A stretch of 64,000 nt of DNA from Octopus bimaculoides (taxonomy: Eukaryota). Location of the stretch: positions 95,874,798 to 95,938,797 of the forward strand of contig NC_068982.1 of assembly GCF_001194135.2 (NCBI RefSeq), read 5' to 3'. The position numbers and the translations under genes are program-made. Under the pieces are notes generated by a model. That model saw nothing but the letters and a program-made list of their open reading frames with translations, searched no databases and had not been told where the DNA came from. Every line of letters starts with the position of its first letter. The first letter of the stretch is position 1. Positions 1 through 13,839 of the stretch are shown piece by piece.

Positions 1-1389
1 TTCTGTTGGTTATGTGATAAAGTGGAAAATTATCCTGCCTTATCAAAAAATAGTTTACTTTATATTTATCATGGAGGAGGGATGTTAACACTAGAAGGAC
101 CAGACTTTTCTCCTATCTTTAAGGTCCAGAATGTGTCAATTGATGCAAAGATGTATTCCAGTTAGAAAGGGAAAAGAAAGAAAACCTTTATTAAATGTAT
201 TAATCTATTGAATTTTATGAATTCAGTTTTTGAATTGTGTGCAATTAAGATTTCAAAAGGCATTAATTGACACACTTGGTCCTTCTAGTGTTGAATGATG
301 ATGATGATATATAAGTAAAATGGTTTAAATTATTTGGGGAATTAACTGTTAAAATTTTTCTGTAGATGAAGAAAATGATTAATGAAGAACTAAACCATTT
401 GCTTCTTAGTATTGTAACTTATCTTATTACATGAAAATTCTACCTAGATCAGTAACATGTTAAGTTAATTCAATTATGTCCTTTTAAATAATTATATTTA
501 GTCAAAAGTAAATTGATGGCAATGTAAACACCTGCAAATGTTTTCTAGTTGAATGCTAAAGTTTTTATCTTTCGATTTTTTTTTTTCTTTTTTCTTTGTT
601 AAATCTAATAGCAATTCATTTTCTTCCTAAACCTGAGATCTTACTCCACGTAAGAAATTCAATTCTACAAATTATTAAACATTTAAATTTGCATGTAACG
701 CACAAGGTAAATGTTTGTGATGTTGAAAAGAAAGCAAATTTTATTCATTCTGGTAAACATTCCATACAAGATTTTGTTCAAATTATGAAAATTTTTTAAA
801 GTCAATACTTTTATAGTTTGTTATGACTCTTTTTGCTATTGTTTAATCACATATCAGCCTTAATCAAAGACTTGTAAATCAAAGCTGTTCCAGCTTTGAC
901 TGTCCCATATTTTTCCAAACCCTTTTGTCAATGATTTGGTCTTGAAGAAGCCATGTCCAAAGTGTTCACTGACCCTCCAAAGATGTCATAGCTCATAGGA
1001 CTACATTATCTCATTTCATTAAGAGTGATTTTCTGATTGGTCAAACAGTGGGAGCAGAATCTCCCTTGTTATCTTCATTACTTTCCAACTTAAAGCATAT
1101 TTGAAATAATTCTCTTCTCTTTTCTGAGTATTACCAATTCATTTGATCACTGACACAATACCACTTACCTTGCTGCTGGTCTGTCTTCCAACAAGGGCCA
1201 TCTAGTCATCCTAAGATAGGAAGATGTTTGGGATGTGTGATACCTTGACCATAGCAATGAAAGGCCACTGTCTGTTTGTCCAAGAAGTTTCAGCCATCAG
1301 TAATCAGTCTGTGACTATGCAGCCCTTCCAAAAGGGATGCAGTCATGAGGAGGACCAGAGAAATGCAATTGCTCTTACCTGTGCTGCTA

Positions 1390-3170
1390 CTTCCATGTGC
1401 TTGAAACCATGGAAGTGAAGGTGTTTCATTGTTGCAGATGTGCTACCAGACTATCCAGTCTTTGGTTGCAGATGTCAGTTGTGTGCTTGCAATCATACCT
1501 GAATAGGGGGGAGTGAACAATGATTAATGACTTGTACAACAAGTTTGATTGAAGTGATAATGAGTTATGAACTTTCACCCTCACTTTTTCTGGTTCCTAT
1601 GTTGATTCAGTGGCAGGACAATTGTTGCAATGGCTGGAGGTGAGGTCAGGTACAGTAGAAGAGCCAGTCAATGGGATATGGCCTTGTGGTTAGGGTGTAC
1701 TTTTCTAGGGAGTATTCCTCAAAAGTGATATCCAAGAATTGGAGTGGTTGTGAAAGCTCAAAGCTCAAGTTAAATGGAGTGTGATGCAATGATGTTTTTT
1801 TATGAGTAACATTTGGCATCCCTTTATTAGAGGATGCTTTTGAGGTCTCTGTTCAAGGAGCTGGTGTAGTTTTGGCATATAGTTTTGAGATTGTAATGGA
1901 TGATGTGTAGTTAGAGAATGTTGGGAGAAATAAAGGATAGTGTCATCTACATTAGAGTAGGTGTTGTTGGATGTGACAGCAAGTTAGTCATTGATGAATA
2001 GAAGGAAGAGGGTGGAGATAAATCTGAACCCTATAAAATGCCTTTATAAGCGGAATGATGAACAGAATGAGCTCCATCAAAACATGCAACACTGCAATTC
2101 GACAGGAAGCTTTCAATCCAAGAAATGAGACATGTGGTGACCATAGGTTATCAGTTTTCTTATTCACATGCCTGGCACAGACAAAACTTTTGCTGACATG
2201 AAGGGCAACCACATTGCTTTCACCAAATTTGTTCAAGAGCCAACTGATGAGTGATTGAGTAAGCCACTAGTGAATCTGACTTTACAGAAATTGTATTGGT
2301 GGTCATTAAGAGGAAGATTAAAGTCGTTGGAGAGGCATTAATGACTCTACATTACCTAAGATTTTAGAAGTGAGTGCAAAATTCCAATAGACAGCAGTGA
2401 GGGTGCTGTTTTTGAAAATGGGACACACTGTAGCATGTTTCTAAAGAAAGGGATAGATCCTTGTAGAGAGTAAGATTAAAGAGCCTGGTGAATAGAGGGG
2501 CAAGTTCTGGAGCACAGTGCTTGAGATTTACTAGAAAAGACATTGTTAGGACTATAAATTAGATTCAGGCTATAAATTAGATTTAGAAAAGAGGAAAAGA
2601 TCACTGGTGTTTTGACTGTCTGGGTATCAATCTGGGACACATGTAGTGGGTAAGACAAATTGATGCTGGCAAGAGGTTCAGATTCTGCACAGATGGCATC
2701 AATGTGGAGTAAATGAGAGAATCACAAGGAGTTGTGAATGTTAAAGCCACTAAGAACAACTTTAGAGGGAAATGAAGAAAGATGTCTTCAGTGCAAGAGG
2801 AGGTAGGGTCAAGGATTTTGGTGGTTTGAAGAATTAGAAGAGTAATAAAAGATGCAGCTGTATTTGGGGGAGTGAAGGAGGGAGAATTGAATCCTGATAA
2901 CTTGTTTTTATTGCTTGCATTTATAGTTGTTGTCTCAAAGAGGACTAGGTTTTATGGTCTGAGTAGGATTGAGAGTGGAATGATTTTAGACACTGGAGAG
3001 AAAATTGTCTGGAGGTTTTACTTCTGGATTTATGTATTTTGAGTAAGAGGGTGGCGGTGCATTGAAAGAAAGGTCATGACAACTCCTGGACCAAATGCTT
3101 GGAATATAGCAAACTCTACTTAAGGCACCCAACGACCAACTTGGACATGGCTCCTTCTCCACTACAAAAA
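1390..3170 (-). mobile_element. Degenerate CR1/Jockey-group LINE (reverse-transcriptase region and 3' part); boundaries approximate
   Basis: Broken minus-strand translation includes ELAPLFTRLFNL and FGESNVVALHVSKSF, a decayed FGESxAVALDISKAFD; many stops and frameshifts. Confidence 0.65.
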
Positions 3171-3357
3171 ATGTCTTTAACAAAGGTATTTTTTTGCAAG
3201 ACTGAAGAATGTTTTCTGATATTCATTAAAGTAAATAATCTAGTGTATGACAATGAATTTTTGAGAAAAATAACTTACCATGATTGACAATTCAATGTAA
3301 TTGTGTACATCAGTAATAAAAATACTTTATGAAGATATATAAATTTGTTCCAAGCAG

Positions 3358-3438
3358 ATCAGAAGCAATAGCCATACTAAAAGAAGCAAAAGGACATGTT
3401 TTGCCACTGTTTAAGTTCATTGAACACTTTGACAGAAG
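3358..3438 (+). CDS. MARF1: MARF1 internal exon (first in window), start of LOTUS1: (R)SEAIAILKEAKGHVLPLFKFIEHFDR(R)
   Basis: CAG acceptor and AG|GTAAGA donor; 81 nt, phase 2-2. The LPLFKF motif matches the recalled vertebrate MARF1 LOTUS1, and the exon joins the next one in frame. Confidence 0.88.
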
Positions 3439-6400
3439 GTAAGATACATATTTTAATCTAACATCTATTTTTGTTAATGTGAAATTTATTATCAGTTGTG
3501 ATGCCCTTACTCTGAATGAGTTTGCTGAATAAACGTTACTGTCTTCTGCTGTGGTGGTAAATAGAGAAGCTGTATGACACTCTAGTGGTGAGTGAGGATG
3601 TGTCTGTCTCTCTGTCTCTCTCTCTCTCTCTGGTAGAGGCAGCAGAGTGAAGGGTGTGTGTGTGCAATGAGGAGTGGAAGTGAAGCTGCATGCCTCTCTC
3701 TCCTTTTGGCATTGGGTAAAGCCATGTATGTATCATTGTTGCAGGGGAGGAAATAAAGGTTGTGCAATGCTATTGCATTTCTTCCTTTTTTTAATTTTTC
3801 TCTTGTGCTTTGTATACAATGATCCCTACTGTGATCCAACAATTTGTTCATTTCCAACATTCAAGACCTATTCCCAGCCCTACATTTTCAGTAGTTCAGC
3901 ATTTTACCAAGAAAATATAAGAAACAGCTTTCTGTATTTATCTTGTGTAAGAGAATGCTTGTGTTGAGATGTGTGGGTTATCTTTCAAGTCTGATAGGAT
4001 TACAAATAGAGCTTATCCATTATCTTGATTGTAATTAAACTGAATACACAAATAACAATGTCTGCAATATTTAATGTGAGCAATGTAATTATCACAACTT
4101 CCAGGATGTAACATGTAATTAGTAAGAGATGCATAATTAGTGTGTATGATTATTTCAACTTGAGATTGAAATGCTTAATATTATAGCACAGATGATATAA
4201 TTTAGTGTCTAGAGTTTGTTCACAAAATTTCAGTTAACTTTATTTGCCATTCTTCTGGAATTGAAATATGTATCAGTATCAGCTATGATTTAATCTCTTA
4301 GATATAGACCCTTGTTACTAGACAGTATCATAGACCAACTTCCAGCAAACAGTTCATAACTTAATTCAATTTCCTAATTAAAGATATTTCAATTAACATT
4401 TGCTAACCCTTACAAGGCCATCAATGTCATTTCCACAAGTTGTAAATCATTGTGTATCAAAATATTAACTACTAGTGCTTCCTTCTAAGATAGGTGTAAA
4501 GCCATAAATTTGAGGAAGTATTGTAATGTTCTTGCTTGGCTGGCTGATGTAAAATTGGATACACTGAAAAGCTATAATCTCAACACAGTATACAATTATG
4601 CTAACCACAATGCCACACTGTTGACCGGAAGCAGACTAGGTTCTAATTCGATCATTTCTAATGACTCCTGTGTAACAAACTATTTTTGCAACAAACTCTC
4701 ATCAAGTCCACCTTGCATATTGCACTGACAACCACCAGGGTTTTGTACAAGAAACTGGGAAGCAAAATAGACACAATATTTCCAGACTGCCATTCACACT
4801 CCAAACTTTTTGAAATGTATCGTTCTCATACCATACAACAGCTAGCTAGGGCTACTCAAAGATTTAAAAATTGATTTTATATGGGTGCAAATATAGGTGT
4901 GTGGTTAAGAATTTTTCTTCACATCTACATGGTTTCAGGTTCCCTTTTCACAGCTTCTTGAATAGGTTTTTTTTTAAAACCTATCAGGAACCATTCTTGT
5001 ATTTCGATGATGGACTGACTATATTGCTTAAGACTATCAACTAGTCCATGGGTGCTTTCAGCTGAGCCTACTCAGGCTACTTTGAAATAATTCGCTCACT
5101 GGTCTTTGAAAAGAGTCAAAAGTAGCCACAATTTTTCCTTAGCTATAAAGGAAATTGACAAGTTTTTAAGGAGGCCTGAAAATTCTGACTTTTCACTATG
5201 CATGCCTTTCTTAAAGGAATTAGTTATTACAAAGGGGTTTTAAGTTGAAATCAGAACCAGCTCAGCCTTCTCTGACCTATGCGAACATGCAGTCAAGTGT
5301 CTGCATTTGTATGATTTTTTTAACTTCTGATTTAAGATCAATAAATCAAAATGTGTGTGAGCTGGTGTAATGCAGGGACTTTGCTGATAAAATTACACAT
5401 AGTAATTATAACCAATTTAAGAAATTCTAATAGAGCTGGCATTTTCTGTACTTCAGGTATTAGCATTAAATGAAAATTAGTTTTAAAATTTAGACAGCAG
5501 CATCATATGCAAATTCTCTAACACTGAAATCCATAAATATCCACTCATTTACAAACTTTCACTCCCACGCTCTCTTTCTCTGTATTCCCACTCAACTCCT
5601 CCCCACACACACACACACACCTTGTATATCTTCCCTCTCGCTATCCATTTCCTTCTCCCTCTGTATCTCTTTGTCTCTCTTTCCTTTCCCCTTTCTGGTA
5701 ATTGTTTGATGTCAGTTCTAATTGCAGAGGTGTCAGATAATGATTTATGACCAAAAACGAGTGGGTCGGATATTTATGAAACCATAGTTTGAGATTTGAC
5801 AGCTACATTGTGCAGGACAAGCAAAACTGTCTGAGATTGTGTTGTCGCTTTGTAAAATTAAGAAAAGAACTTAAACTAGTAACAAAATTTCTTCCATTTT
5901 TAGAACAGTTAGAAGGGCTACTATAGAACTGGTTTGAAATTAAATTTCATCCAAAATATATTTAACAAGTGTGAGCAAGGCTGAATGATAAACGTTCATT
6001 TCCTGACCACTTGGTTCTGGGTCTGTCCCATTGTGTGGTGCATTGAACAAATGTTTTATACTAGAGCCCTGGGCCAAGTAGGTCTAGTAAATGGAAGCTA
6101 AAGAAAACGTATGTGTGAATTCCTATTTTCAACATTTTTACATGTGTTCACTGGTTATAAACAATGGCTTCACTGTGGTGTCATTTGCTTGCAGTCCACC
6201 ACAAAAACATGTCCAGGCTTTTTAACATGTGCAACCTTTGTAAATGAAACGAAAGGCTTATTCATACAGTATTGTTTGTTTCCAGTTCTCCACGTAATTA
6301 TGTTCAGGATGTTGGTTGTTTGATAGACTGGAAGATTATTACCTTGCTTGGAAACAGGTGAGGGGTGGCATCAAGAAAGGTATCCAACTGTAGAAAATTC

Positions 6401-8124
6401 TGTACCAGTGTACTCATATCTTACCTATACAAGCATGGGAAAATAGACAGTAATATATTGTTTTAAACAACTTGAAGCTTCTATTAGTCAGTATTGATCA
6501 TTTATCTACATCAGCATATACAGTCCTGAACAAGGTATTTTGTGGAAAACTAGCCATTGCCTATGTATACAAGTCTATCCTCTTCATGCCCCTCATATGA
6601 TTTGAAGGAAAGGTGGCAAGTTTTAGGGCTGATACAGCTTATCATTGTTCTCACAGGTATTATGGCAAAGTGCAAATAGCTGAAACAGATACAAGGTATC
6701 TCATCTGATGCTCTCACACTTCTGCCAATCTATCAACCTCAAGTGGTTCATGTCTTTTATCAACTGAATTTGAAATTAGAGCACAGATTTGGAACAAATA
6801 CTTTGTGGTATTCAATCCAATGCTCAATTAACTTTGCCAGTTCACCACCTGAATCTCAGAATACTATCATTGAAGTCCTTTCTGATAGGTTTTGATTAAA
6901 ATTTATTTAAACTATTGCTGGTATGGCTGTGTGATTAAGAACCTTGCTTTGCAAGCACATGGTTTCAGGTTTAGTTTCAGTGAAGCATCTTAGGCAAGTG
7001 TCTTCTACTATAGCCCCAGTCTGACCAATGTTTTGTGGGTGGGTTTGGTAAACAGGCATAGGTTGAAGTGGCCCAGTTATAAAGAAGTGTTTTACAACTG
7101 GATGTGCTTACCCTGAAACTGAGATAGAATGTTATCTATTGATAACCTTCTAATCATTGAAATAGGTTGATTTGGTTAAACTTAATTTTCACCTTGTTCA
7201 AAATGACTATAGCCTTAACTCTGTATTGATTTCTTTCGAGGCCACTTTGGCAATTCTATCAATGCCACACAGTGGTCTACTGAACTATAATGAAAGGGTT
7301 TAGATGTAAAGGATGTGATGTTGTCATTATTATTCAAGTAGCACAATTTTGTTAAGGACTAACCATTGATAAATTAAGCAAAAAATATCCCACTATTATG
7401 ATACCTTATGCTTCATATAACAGCCTTCATTACATAGAGAATCATTACTGCACCAAACAAAATTCTTAGTGGCATTTCATCCCATCTTTACATTTTGAGT
7501 TCAAATTCCACTGAGAGTGACTTTGCCTATCTTTATAGTGTTGATAAAATAAGTACTAAGTCAAGCATTAGGGTTAGTGCAATTGACTCACCCCGTCGTC
7601 AAAACTTCAGGCTTTGTGCCTATAGTAAAAAGGATTATATAGCAAAGTATGTCATTATGCTATTATTTAACATTATTTAGCAATGCAAATATTCCAGGTA
7701 GACAGCACATTGTGGTAAATGCCACATAGCTTTATCAACCACTTTACTCCTGACAATACTGTTTCAATAACTTTTCAAGACCTTTAGTAGTTCATTAAAT
7801 CCTTCTTCTGTTGGTCATCTCTTAGTAAATTTTAAGACATTTTAGATTTTTTTCAATTAATGACTAGAATCAAATATTTATAGTGCAAAAAGTCTGCAAT
7901 TTGTTGAAGTAGTTGAAACTTCTTTCTTTTTGGCAGATATATTCGTATCTCTAACTGTAGTTGGTCAAACCTGAGGGAATGAGCAAAACTTCTTTTCATG
8001 GTTAAGGCACAAATGAATTTACAGAACCTTTTTCAAAAATGATAATAGTGATGATAATTTTAACATTTTCTGTGTCCTTTCAATACTCTTGAATCAGATA
8101 CATTAAGTTCGTTGATGCTACTCT

Positions 8125-8334
8125 CTTTTACTCTTTTACTTGTTTGTCATTTGACTGCGGCCATGCTGGAGCACTGCCTTTAGTCAAGCAAATCGACCCC
8201 ACGACTTATTCTTTGGAAACCTAGTACTTATTCTATCGGTTCTTTTGCCGAAGCGCTAAGTTACGGGGACGTAAACACACCAGCATCAGTTGTCAAGCAA
8301 TGTTGGGAGGACAAACACAGACACACAAACATAT

Positions 8335-8365
<31 letters not shown>

Positions 8366-8529
8366 CGACGGGCTTCTTTCAGTTTCCGTCTACCAAATCC
8401 ACTCACAAGGTTTTGGTCGGCCTGAGGCTATAGTAGAAGACACTTGCCCAAGGTGCCACGCAGTGAGTCTGAACCCAGAACCATATGGTTGGTAACCAAG
8501 CTACTTACCACACAGCCACTCCTGTGCCT
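8125..8529 (-). mobile_element. tRNA-headed SINE, family B (head AGGCRCAGGAGTGGCTGTGTGG, CORE-like CCTTGGGCAAGTG, internal TA/CA microsatellite, (AAAGAGT)n tail)
   Basis: High identity to the copies at 60378-60769 and 54316-54638; A/B-box-like head on the minus strand. Confidence 0.85.
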
Positions 8530-8884
8530 ATATTGTTGTGGCAAAACAGATTGTAATTTAATTTGAATGAAAGAATGTGAAATTAGAAGTCCTTCAGTAT
8601 TTTAGATAGAAACTATTTCCTAATATTGATTAGGAGATGCTATAGGCTACTCTTTCATTTCTTTAAATTTTCGCACACTCCCTCTGAATTTTAGTTGTGC
8701 TAATATTCATTTTGTTGTTACATTAAATTTTCAATTTCATTTTCTCTAAACTATAACAGAAAATAATAGGCTATGAGAATACTTTCTCCCTCTTTATTTC
8801 TCTCTCCCACCTGTGTTAATTTTAAACAATTATTAATTCAATGTAGGTGGAGAACATTCCCTAGAAAAAGAATCTTTAGTTAAT

Positions 8885-9272
8885 TGTTGTTGTTGTTGGC
8901 ACTCCGTCGCTTACGACGACGAGGGTTCCAGTTGATCCAATCAACGGAACAGCCTGCTCGTGAAATTAACGTGCAAGTGGCTGAGCACTCCACAGACATG
9001 TGTACCCTTAACGTAGTTCTTGGGGATATTCAGCGTGACACAGTGTGACAAGGCTGACCCTTTGAATTACAGGCACAACAGAAACAGGAAAAAAGAGTGA
9101 GAGAAAGTTGTGGTGAAAGAGTGCAGCAGGTTTCACCACCATCCCCTGCTGGAGCCACATGGAGCTTTAGGTGTTTTCGCTGAAACACTCACAACGCCCG
9201 GGCTGGGAATCGAAACTGCAATCCTATGACCCCGAGTTCACTGCCCTAACCATTGGGCCATTGCGCCTCCAC
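8885..9272 (-). mobile_element. tRNA-headed SINE, family A (about 380 bp, (CAA)n tail), TSD TTTAGTTAAT
   Basis: Head GTGGAGGCGCAATGGCCCA..TGGTTAGGGC (A box) plus a B-box-like segment; TSD at 8875-8884 and 9273-9282; five other copies in the window. Confidence 0.92.
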
Positions 9273-10048
9273 TTTAGTTAATAACAAATACCAAATCTGG
9301 AGAATGCTTACTCTAAATGCATTACAGCACACTTGTTTCCAAGTTCAAATCCTATAATTGCCTTTTTTTCTTTATCTCTTTAGGTTTGAAATATTACAAC
9401 TGATTTCAGCCCTAATGTGAAACTAAATTATAATTGAAATTATATGTAAACAATTTCTTTTTCAGTTGTTAACAAATATGTGAAAATTTAAGAAAATATT
9501 GTATTCAAACGTTATAGTTGTAATAGTTATAGTAGTTTCTTATTGTTACATAATTTTGGATAAAATTTTTTTTTTAATTGCATAAAACAGCCATTTTAAA
9601 ATGGAAATCCTTTATTTTTGAGCAAATATGGTCACTTTTAGTGCTGGAAATTAATATCCAAATCAATATCAGAATCACTTATCTAAAAGCCTCTTTTACA
9701 AGTATTATAACTGTTTATAATGATTCACTTGATTCTTCTTGCCCCCCCCCCCCCTTAAAAAAAAAAACAATACTCACTAAAAATTCGACTGCAACTTTTT
9801 GGAATTCCTTCTTTGCCCATATTTTCTCAACAGGTGTCAGCGTTTTAGTAAAGTTGATAGGCATTGCACTCCTTTTTTTAACATAGTGTACAAATAACAT
9901 AGAAATATCCCTCTGAAAGTCTGAAATAAACTAGTTATAATTGTGAATATCTGAAATAATTTCATTTTACTCTTTTGCCAATCACACAACTGCTTTAACA
10001 TGAAATATAACCTTTCTCATTTTAATTGAATTCTACATTGTTTTACAG

Positions 10049-10181
10049 GCATCACCGTTCTATCACTGTATCAGAATTGTATAAAATGAAAGGCATTCTT
10101 GAGATTAGAGAGCAAGGTGGAGCTGGAAGAATGGTTCATTTAACAGCATCATTTATTGCTTCTCAAAAAGAGGATACCAAG
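10049..10181 (+). CDS. MARF1: MARF1 exon, end of LOTUS1: HHRSITVSELYKMKGILEIREQGGAGRMVHLTASFIASQKEDTK
   Basis: TTTTACAG acceptor and AAG|GTAAAG donor; phase 2-0. Resembles the recalled human segment [24 protein letters not shown]. Confidence 0.92.
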
Positions 10182-10499
10182 GTAAAGTTAACATTTACCT
10201 CTTTTAACTTAATTGTTCCTTACACTTAGATTATTATCTCTAGCATTTTTTTTCATTCCCAACTGTCATCTCATTCAATTTGCTAGTATGCTTTGTAGAA
10301 GTCATGAATATTACTATAATCATTTCCTTCTTTTTCTAAGGTCAATACTTCTAATTACTCATTGATGGGTTATATCACATTAATGCATTATACAAATATT
10401 TATCAAAAAAGTTTCTTTCATTCACACTAAAACAGTTCTTAAATTCTAAATAGGTCTTCATTAACATGCCTATGAATTTTCTGTAAACTTATTTTCCAG

Positions 10500-10675
10500 A
10501 TACAAGACTCTCTAGAATCTTCTATCTGTCCGATCCATTGTATTGGAAGTATGACTGAAATAGTGCAAACGCTTTCAAGTAACTTTCTCCCAAATGTGAA
10601 AATCAGACGCACTGATCTGGCATCCCAGCTGAAAATTCTATTAGAGAAACATAGAGGCAGCATCCCATTAATGAG
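10500..10675 (+). CDS. MARF1: MARF1 exon, linker plus start of LOTUS2: IQDSLESSICPIHC...LASQLKILLEKHRGSIPLM(S)
   Basis: TTTTCCAG acceptor and AG|GTATGG donor; phase 0-2; in frame with ORF 10551. Confidence 0.9.
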
Positions 10676-11169
10676 GTATGGTTTTTTTTGTTTTGTCTTG
10701 ATTTTGTTTTGTTTTCCAACCTTTCAGCATCAAAATAAACTTTTGTCAATCTTGTTAACCACCAACATAAAAGAACATGTTAACTGTTGTGGCATGTTAC
10801 AACGTATTAATTTTCACCCTAGTTTCAAGAATTAAAAACAGAAGCTACAATATCATTGCATTGGTAAGAACTTCCACTTTGAATATTTATCTGCAAGTGG
10901 GAGCATTATCAAATGGCTAGATGCTTGGTTAAGCATGAGGCAGAAAGGAAGGGACTTGCCCATGATTGCAAACTGAAGTTCAGAAGCATGAAATGTTTAG
11001 AATTACAAGACTGTTAGTGAGAAGGAAGATATCATGGGTGAAAAGTGTTTACAGAATGATGAATGCATAAGTGCCATTGATATGGAAGACAAAGTGGTAT
11101 GAAAGTGCATTTATAGCAGGTTGCTGAATGTGGAGAATTTTTTGGAAAAAGAGGGGCTTCTTTATGCTG

Positions 11170-12400
11170 ATCCTATTCGGGTACCAGCAATTCAAGCTGA
11201 CAGCAGCATGTTAGATAAAGCTATTAAAGACATGAAGAGAAAGTTAAGAGTAAACCACAATCTCTAGTATTTGTTGACGACTTGGAGAGGGTATTTGAAA
11301 GGATACTATATTGTATTTGGTGGTTATTAAGGAATCTGTGTAGCTAAATGGCTTGTGAGGGCTGTACAAGCTATGTACAATGATGCAATGAATAGTCAAT
11401 AATGATTACAGTGACAAATTTAGCATGAAGGTAGGACTCCATCAAAGCTAAGCACTCTCTTTTTCCTCATAGTCCTGCAAGCTATTACAAGTTTCAGACT
11501 GGCTGTCTATAGGAACCCCTATATGCTGATAGTCTAGTTCTCATAGCTAAATTTATAGTAAAATTAGAGGAAATTTCAATCATGGAAACTAAACAAAGAA
11601 TTAAGATGTCTTGAGATAAACTTGGCAGAGCCTATGGTATTAGTGAGTAGGAAAGAAGACAGGACTCTGATATCATCAGGGTTCTGCTCAATATGCTTAA
11701 AAGGAGTAGGTATAAACTACATATGTTGTACCCATTGTAAGATTTAAACACAGGAGATATAGTGGAATCTCAGGCAAACTAACAAAGTAAGTTGCAGATG
11801 TGACAGATGCACTGGAGTAGTATACTTTATGAACATACCAGAAATATTCTCTTAAATGTCCAGATGGCTCACTAAAATTAGTGAATAGCTTTTGTTACAT
11901 GGGTGTAATTATCAAGGGAGATGGTTGCTCTGAAAGTATTGCAGCCTGAATAAGAAGTTGGGAAAAGTCGAGGGAGCTTCTACCATTGTTGGAAGCAAGT
12001 CTTTTCGTTCAAGTGAAGAGTAGATTGTATGATGTTTGTATTGGAACTACAATGTTACATGGTAATGAGTTTTGGACCTTAAATGCAGAGAACTTGAAAA
12101 GACTGGAAAGAAATGAAGCTAACATTCTGTTAGACGTATAATGTAAGTGTGCATGAAAGACAATGTATTGAGACAAAAACTTGGCATAAGAGGATTCAGA
12201 TGTAGTATGCAAGAAGACTGCTGGTATGGATATGTGGTGTATATGGATGAGGACAGTTGTATAAAGTGCTGATTACTTAATGTGGATGGAGCTTGTGGAA
12301 GAGGGAGAACCAGGAATACACAAGATGAACTGATGAATAATCTCAGCACCTTGAACCTCATGGAGATGACAAAGAACTGGGGTGACTGGCAATATGCAGT
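11170..12400 (+). mobile_element. Old RTE-clade LINE fragment (RT to 3' region), heavily decayed; boundaries approximate
   Basis: DNA similarity to the reverse complement of 12403-13590 (for example GGCTTGTGAGGGCTGTACAAGCTATGTAC = LVRAVQAMY). Confidence 0.6.
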
Positions 12401-12402
12401 TC

Positions 12403-13590
12403 TCAAGAAGGTTCACATATCTGGGCAAAACTGACCTTCTCATACAGTCTGTCTTTTACTCTGAGTGAGAGGCCCTTTGTCACCATCAGAAGTAAGAGCT
12501 CTCTAAACTTTGCCCAGGCTATTCTTATTCTAGCAGCTACACTTTCAGTGCACCCTCCCCCGCTACTAACTTGGTCACCTAGGTAGAGGAAGCTATCAAC
12601 TACTTCTAGTTTTTCTCCCTGGAGTGTGGCAAAGGTTGTTTTCTGCACATTTTCAGTGTTTATTGCTCCTTAGCATCTGCCACATACAAAAACTGTCTTC
12701 CCAGTTAGCCTTCCTTTGATATTGCTGCACCTTTTATGTGTCCATAGCTTGCACTGAATACATCTTATAGAGTTTCTACCTATGTTTTCTCTACAGATTG
12801 AGCAGGGCCATCTACCTGAAGCGGTTTGTATTTTGTCTACCTTCCTACTTATTAGGACTTTGGTTTTAGCTAGGTTGACTCTAAGGCCCTTCAATTTTAG
12901 TCCTTGCTTCCACACCTGAAACTTCTCTGGTTCTGATAGTGACTCAGCAATTAGGGCAAGGTCATCAGCAAAGAGGAGCTCCCAGTGGCATCCCGTCTTG
13001 AATTCCTGTGTTATTGACTGGAGGACTATGATAAATATGAGGGGGCTGAGGACTGAACATTCGTGGACTCCTACCTCTACTTGGAATTCTTCACTGTACT
13101 CGTTGCCAACCCTCACCTTACTGACAGCGTCCTTGTACATGGCTTGCACAGCTCTCACTAACCACTCATNNNNNNNNNNTTACTGACAGCGTCCTTGTAC
13201 ATGGCTTGCACAGCTCTCACTAACCACTCATCTATCCCTAGTTTCCTCATTGACCACCAGATAAGGGAGTGGGGAACCCTATCAAAGGCATTCTCCATGT
13301 CAACGAAAGCCAGGTACAGAGGTTTATCTTTGGTTGGGTATTTCTCCTGCAGCTGTCTTACTAGAAATATAGCATCAGTGGTGCTTTTCCTTGGAATGAA
13401 CCCAAACTGCATCTCATCTAAACTGAATCTCTCCCTAATTTGTTGGGCTATGACCCTCTCGGTGACCTTCATTACCTGGTCCAACAATTTGATACTTCTG
13501 TAATTGTTTTTTGTCTAAAGCCTCACCTTTACCTTTGTAGCGGTTGACTATGGTGCTGCTACACCAGTCATTGGGTATGACTCCTTCATG
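12403..13590 (-). mobile_element. RTE-clade LINE reverse-transcriptase fragment (frameshifted)
   Basis: ORF pieces QFGFIPRKSTTDAIF, LAFVDMENAFDRVP, SVLSPLIFIIVL and WELLFADDLALIA give RT motifs with frameshifts. Confidence 0.92.
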
Positions 13591-13593
13591 TAA

Positions 13594-13629
13594 GATATGT
13601 GTATCTGTGTGTGTGTGTGTGTGTATGTG

Positions 13630-13680
<51 letters not shown>

Positions 13681-13785
13681 NNNNNNNNNNNNNNNNNNNN
13701 NNNNNNNNNNNNNNNNNNNNNNNNNNNNNNNNNNNNNNNNNNNNNNNNNNNNNNNNNNNNNNNNNNNNNNNNNNNNNNNNNNNNN

Positions 13786-13839
<54 letters not shown>

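Noticed and set aside
596-799. 67-aa ORF behind a T-tract with a CAC|GTAAGA donor-like site, considered as the preceding MARF1 exon
   Set aside because: No resemblance to the RRM2/linker sequence and no phase-compatible exon found; the upstream exon is probably outside the window.
13118-13231. 52-bp direct repeat on both sides of a 10-N gap inside the RTE RT
   Set aside because: Typical unmerged contig overlap (assembly artefact), not a biological duplication or TSD.
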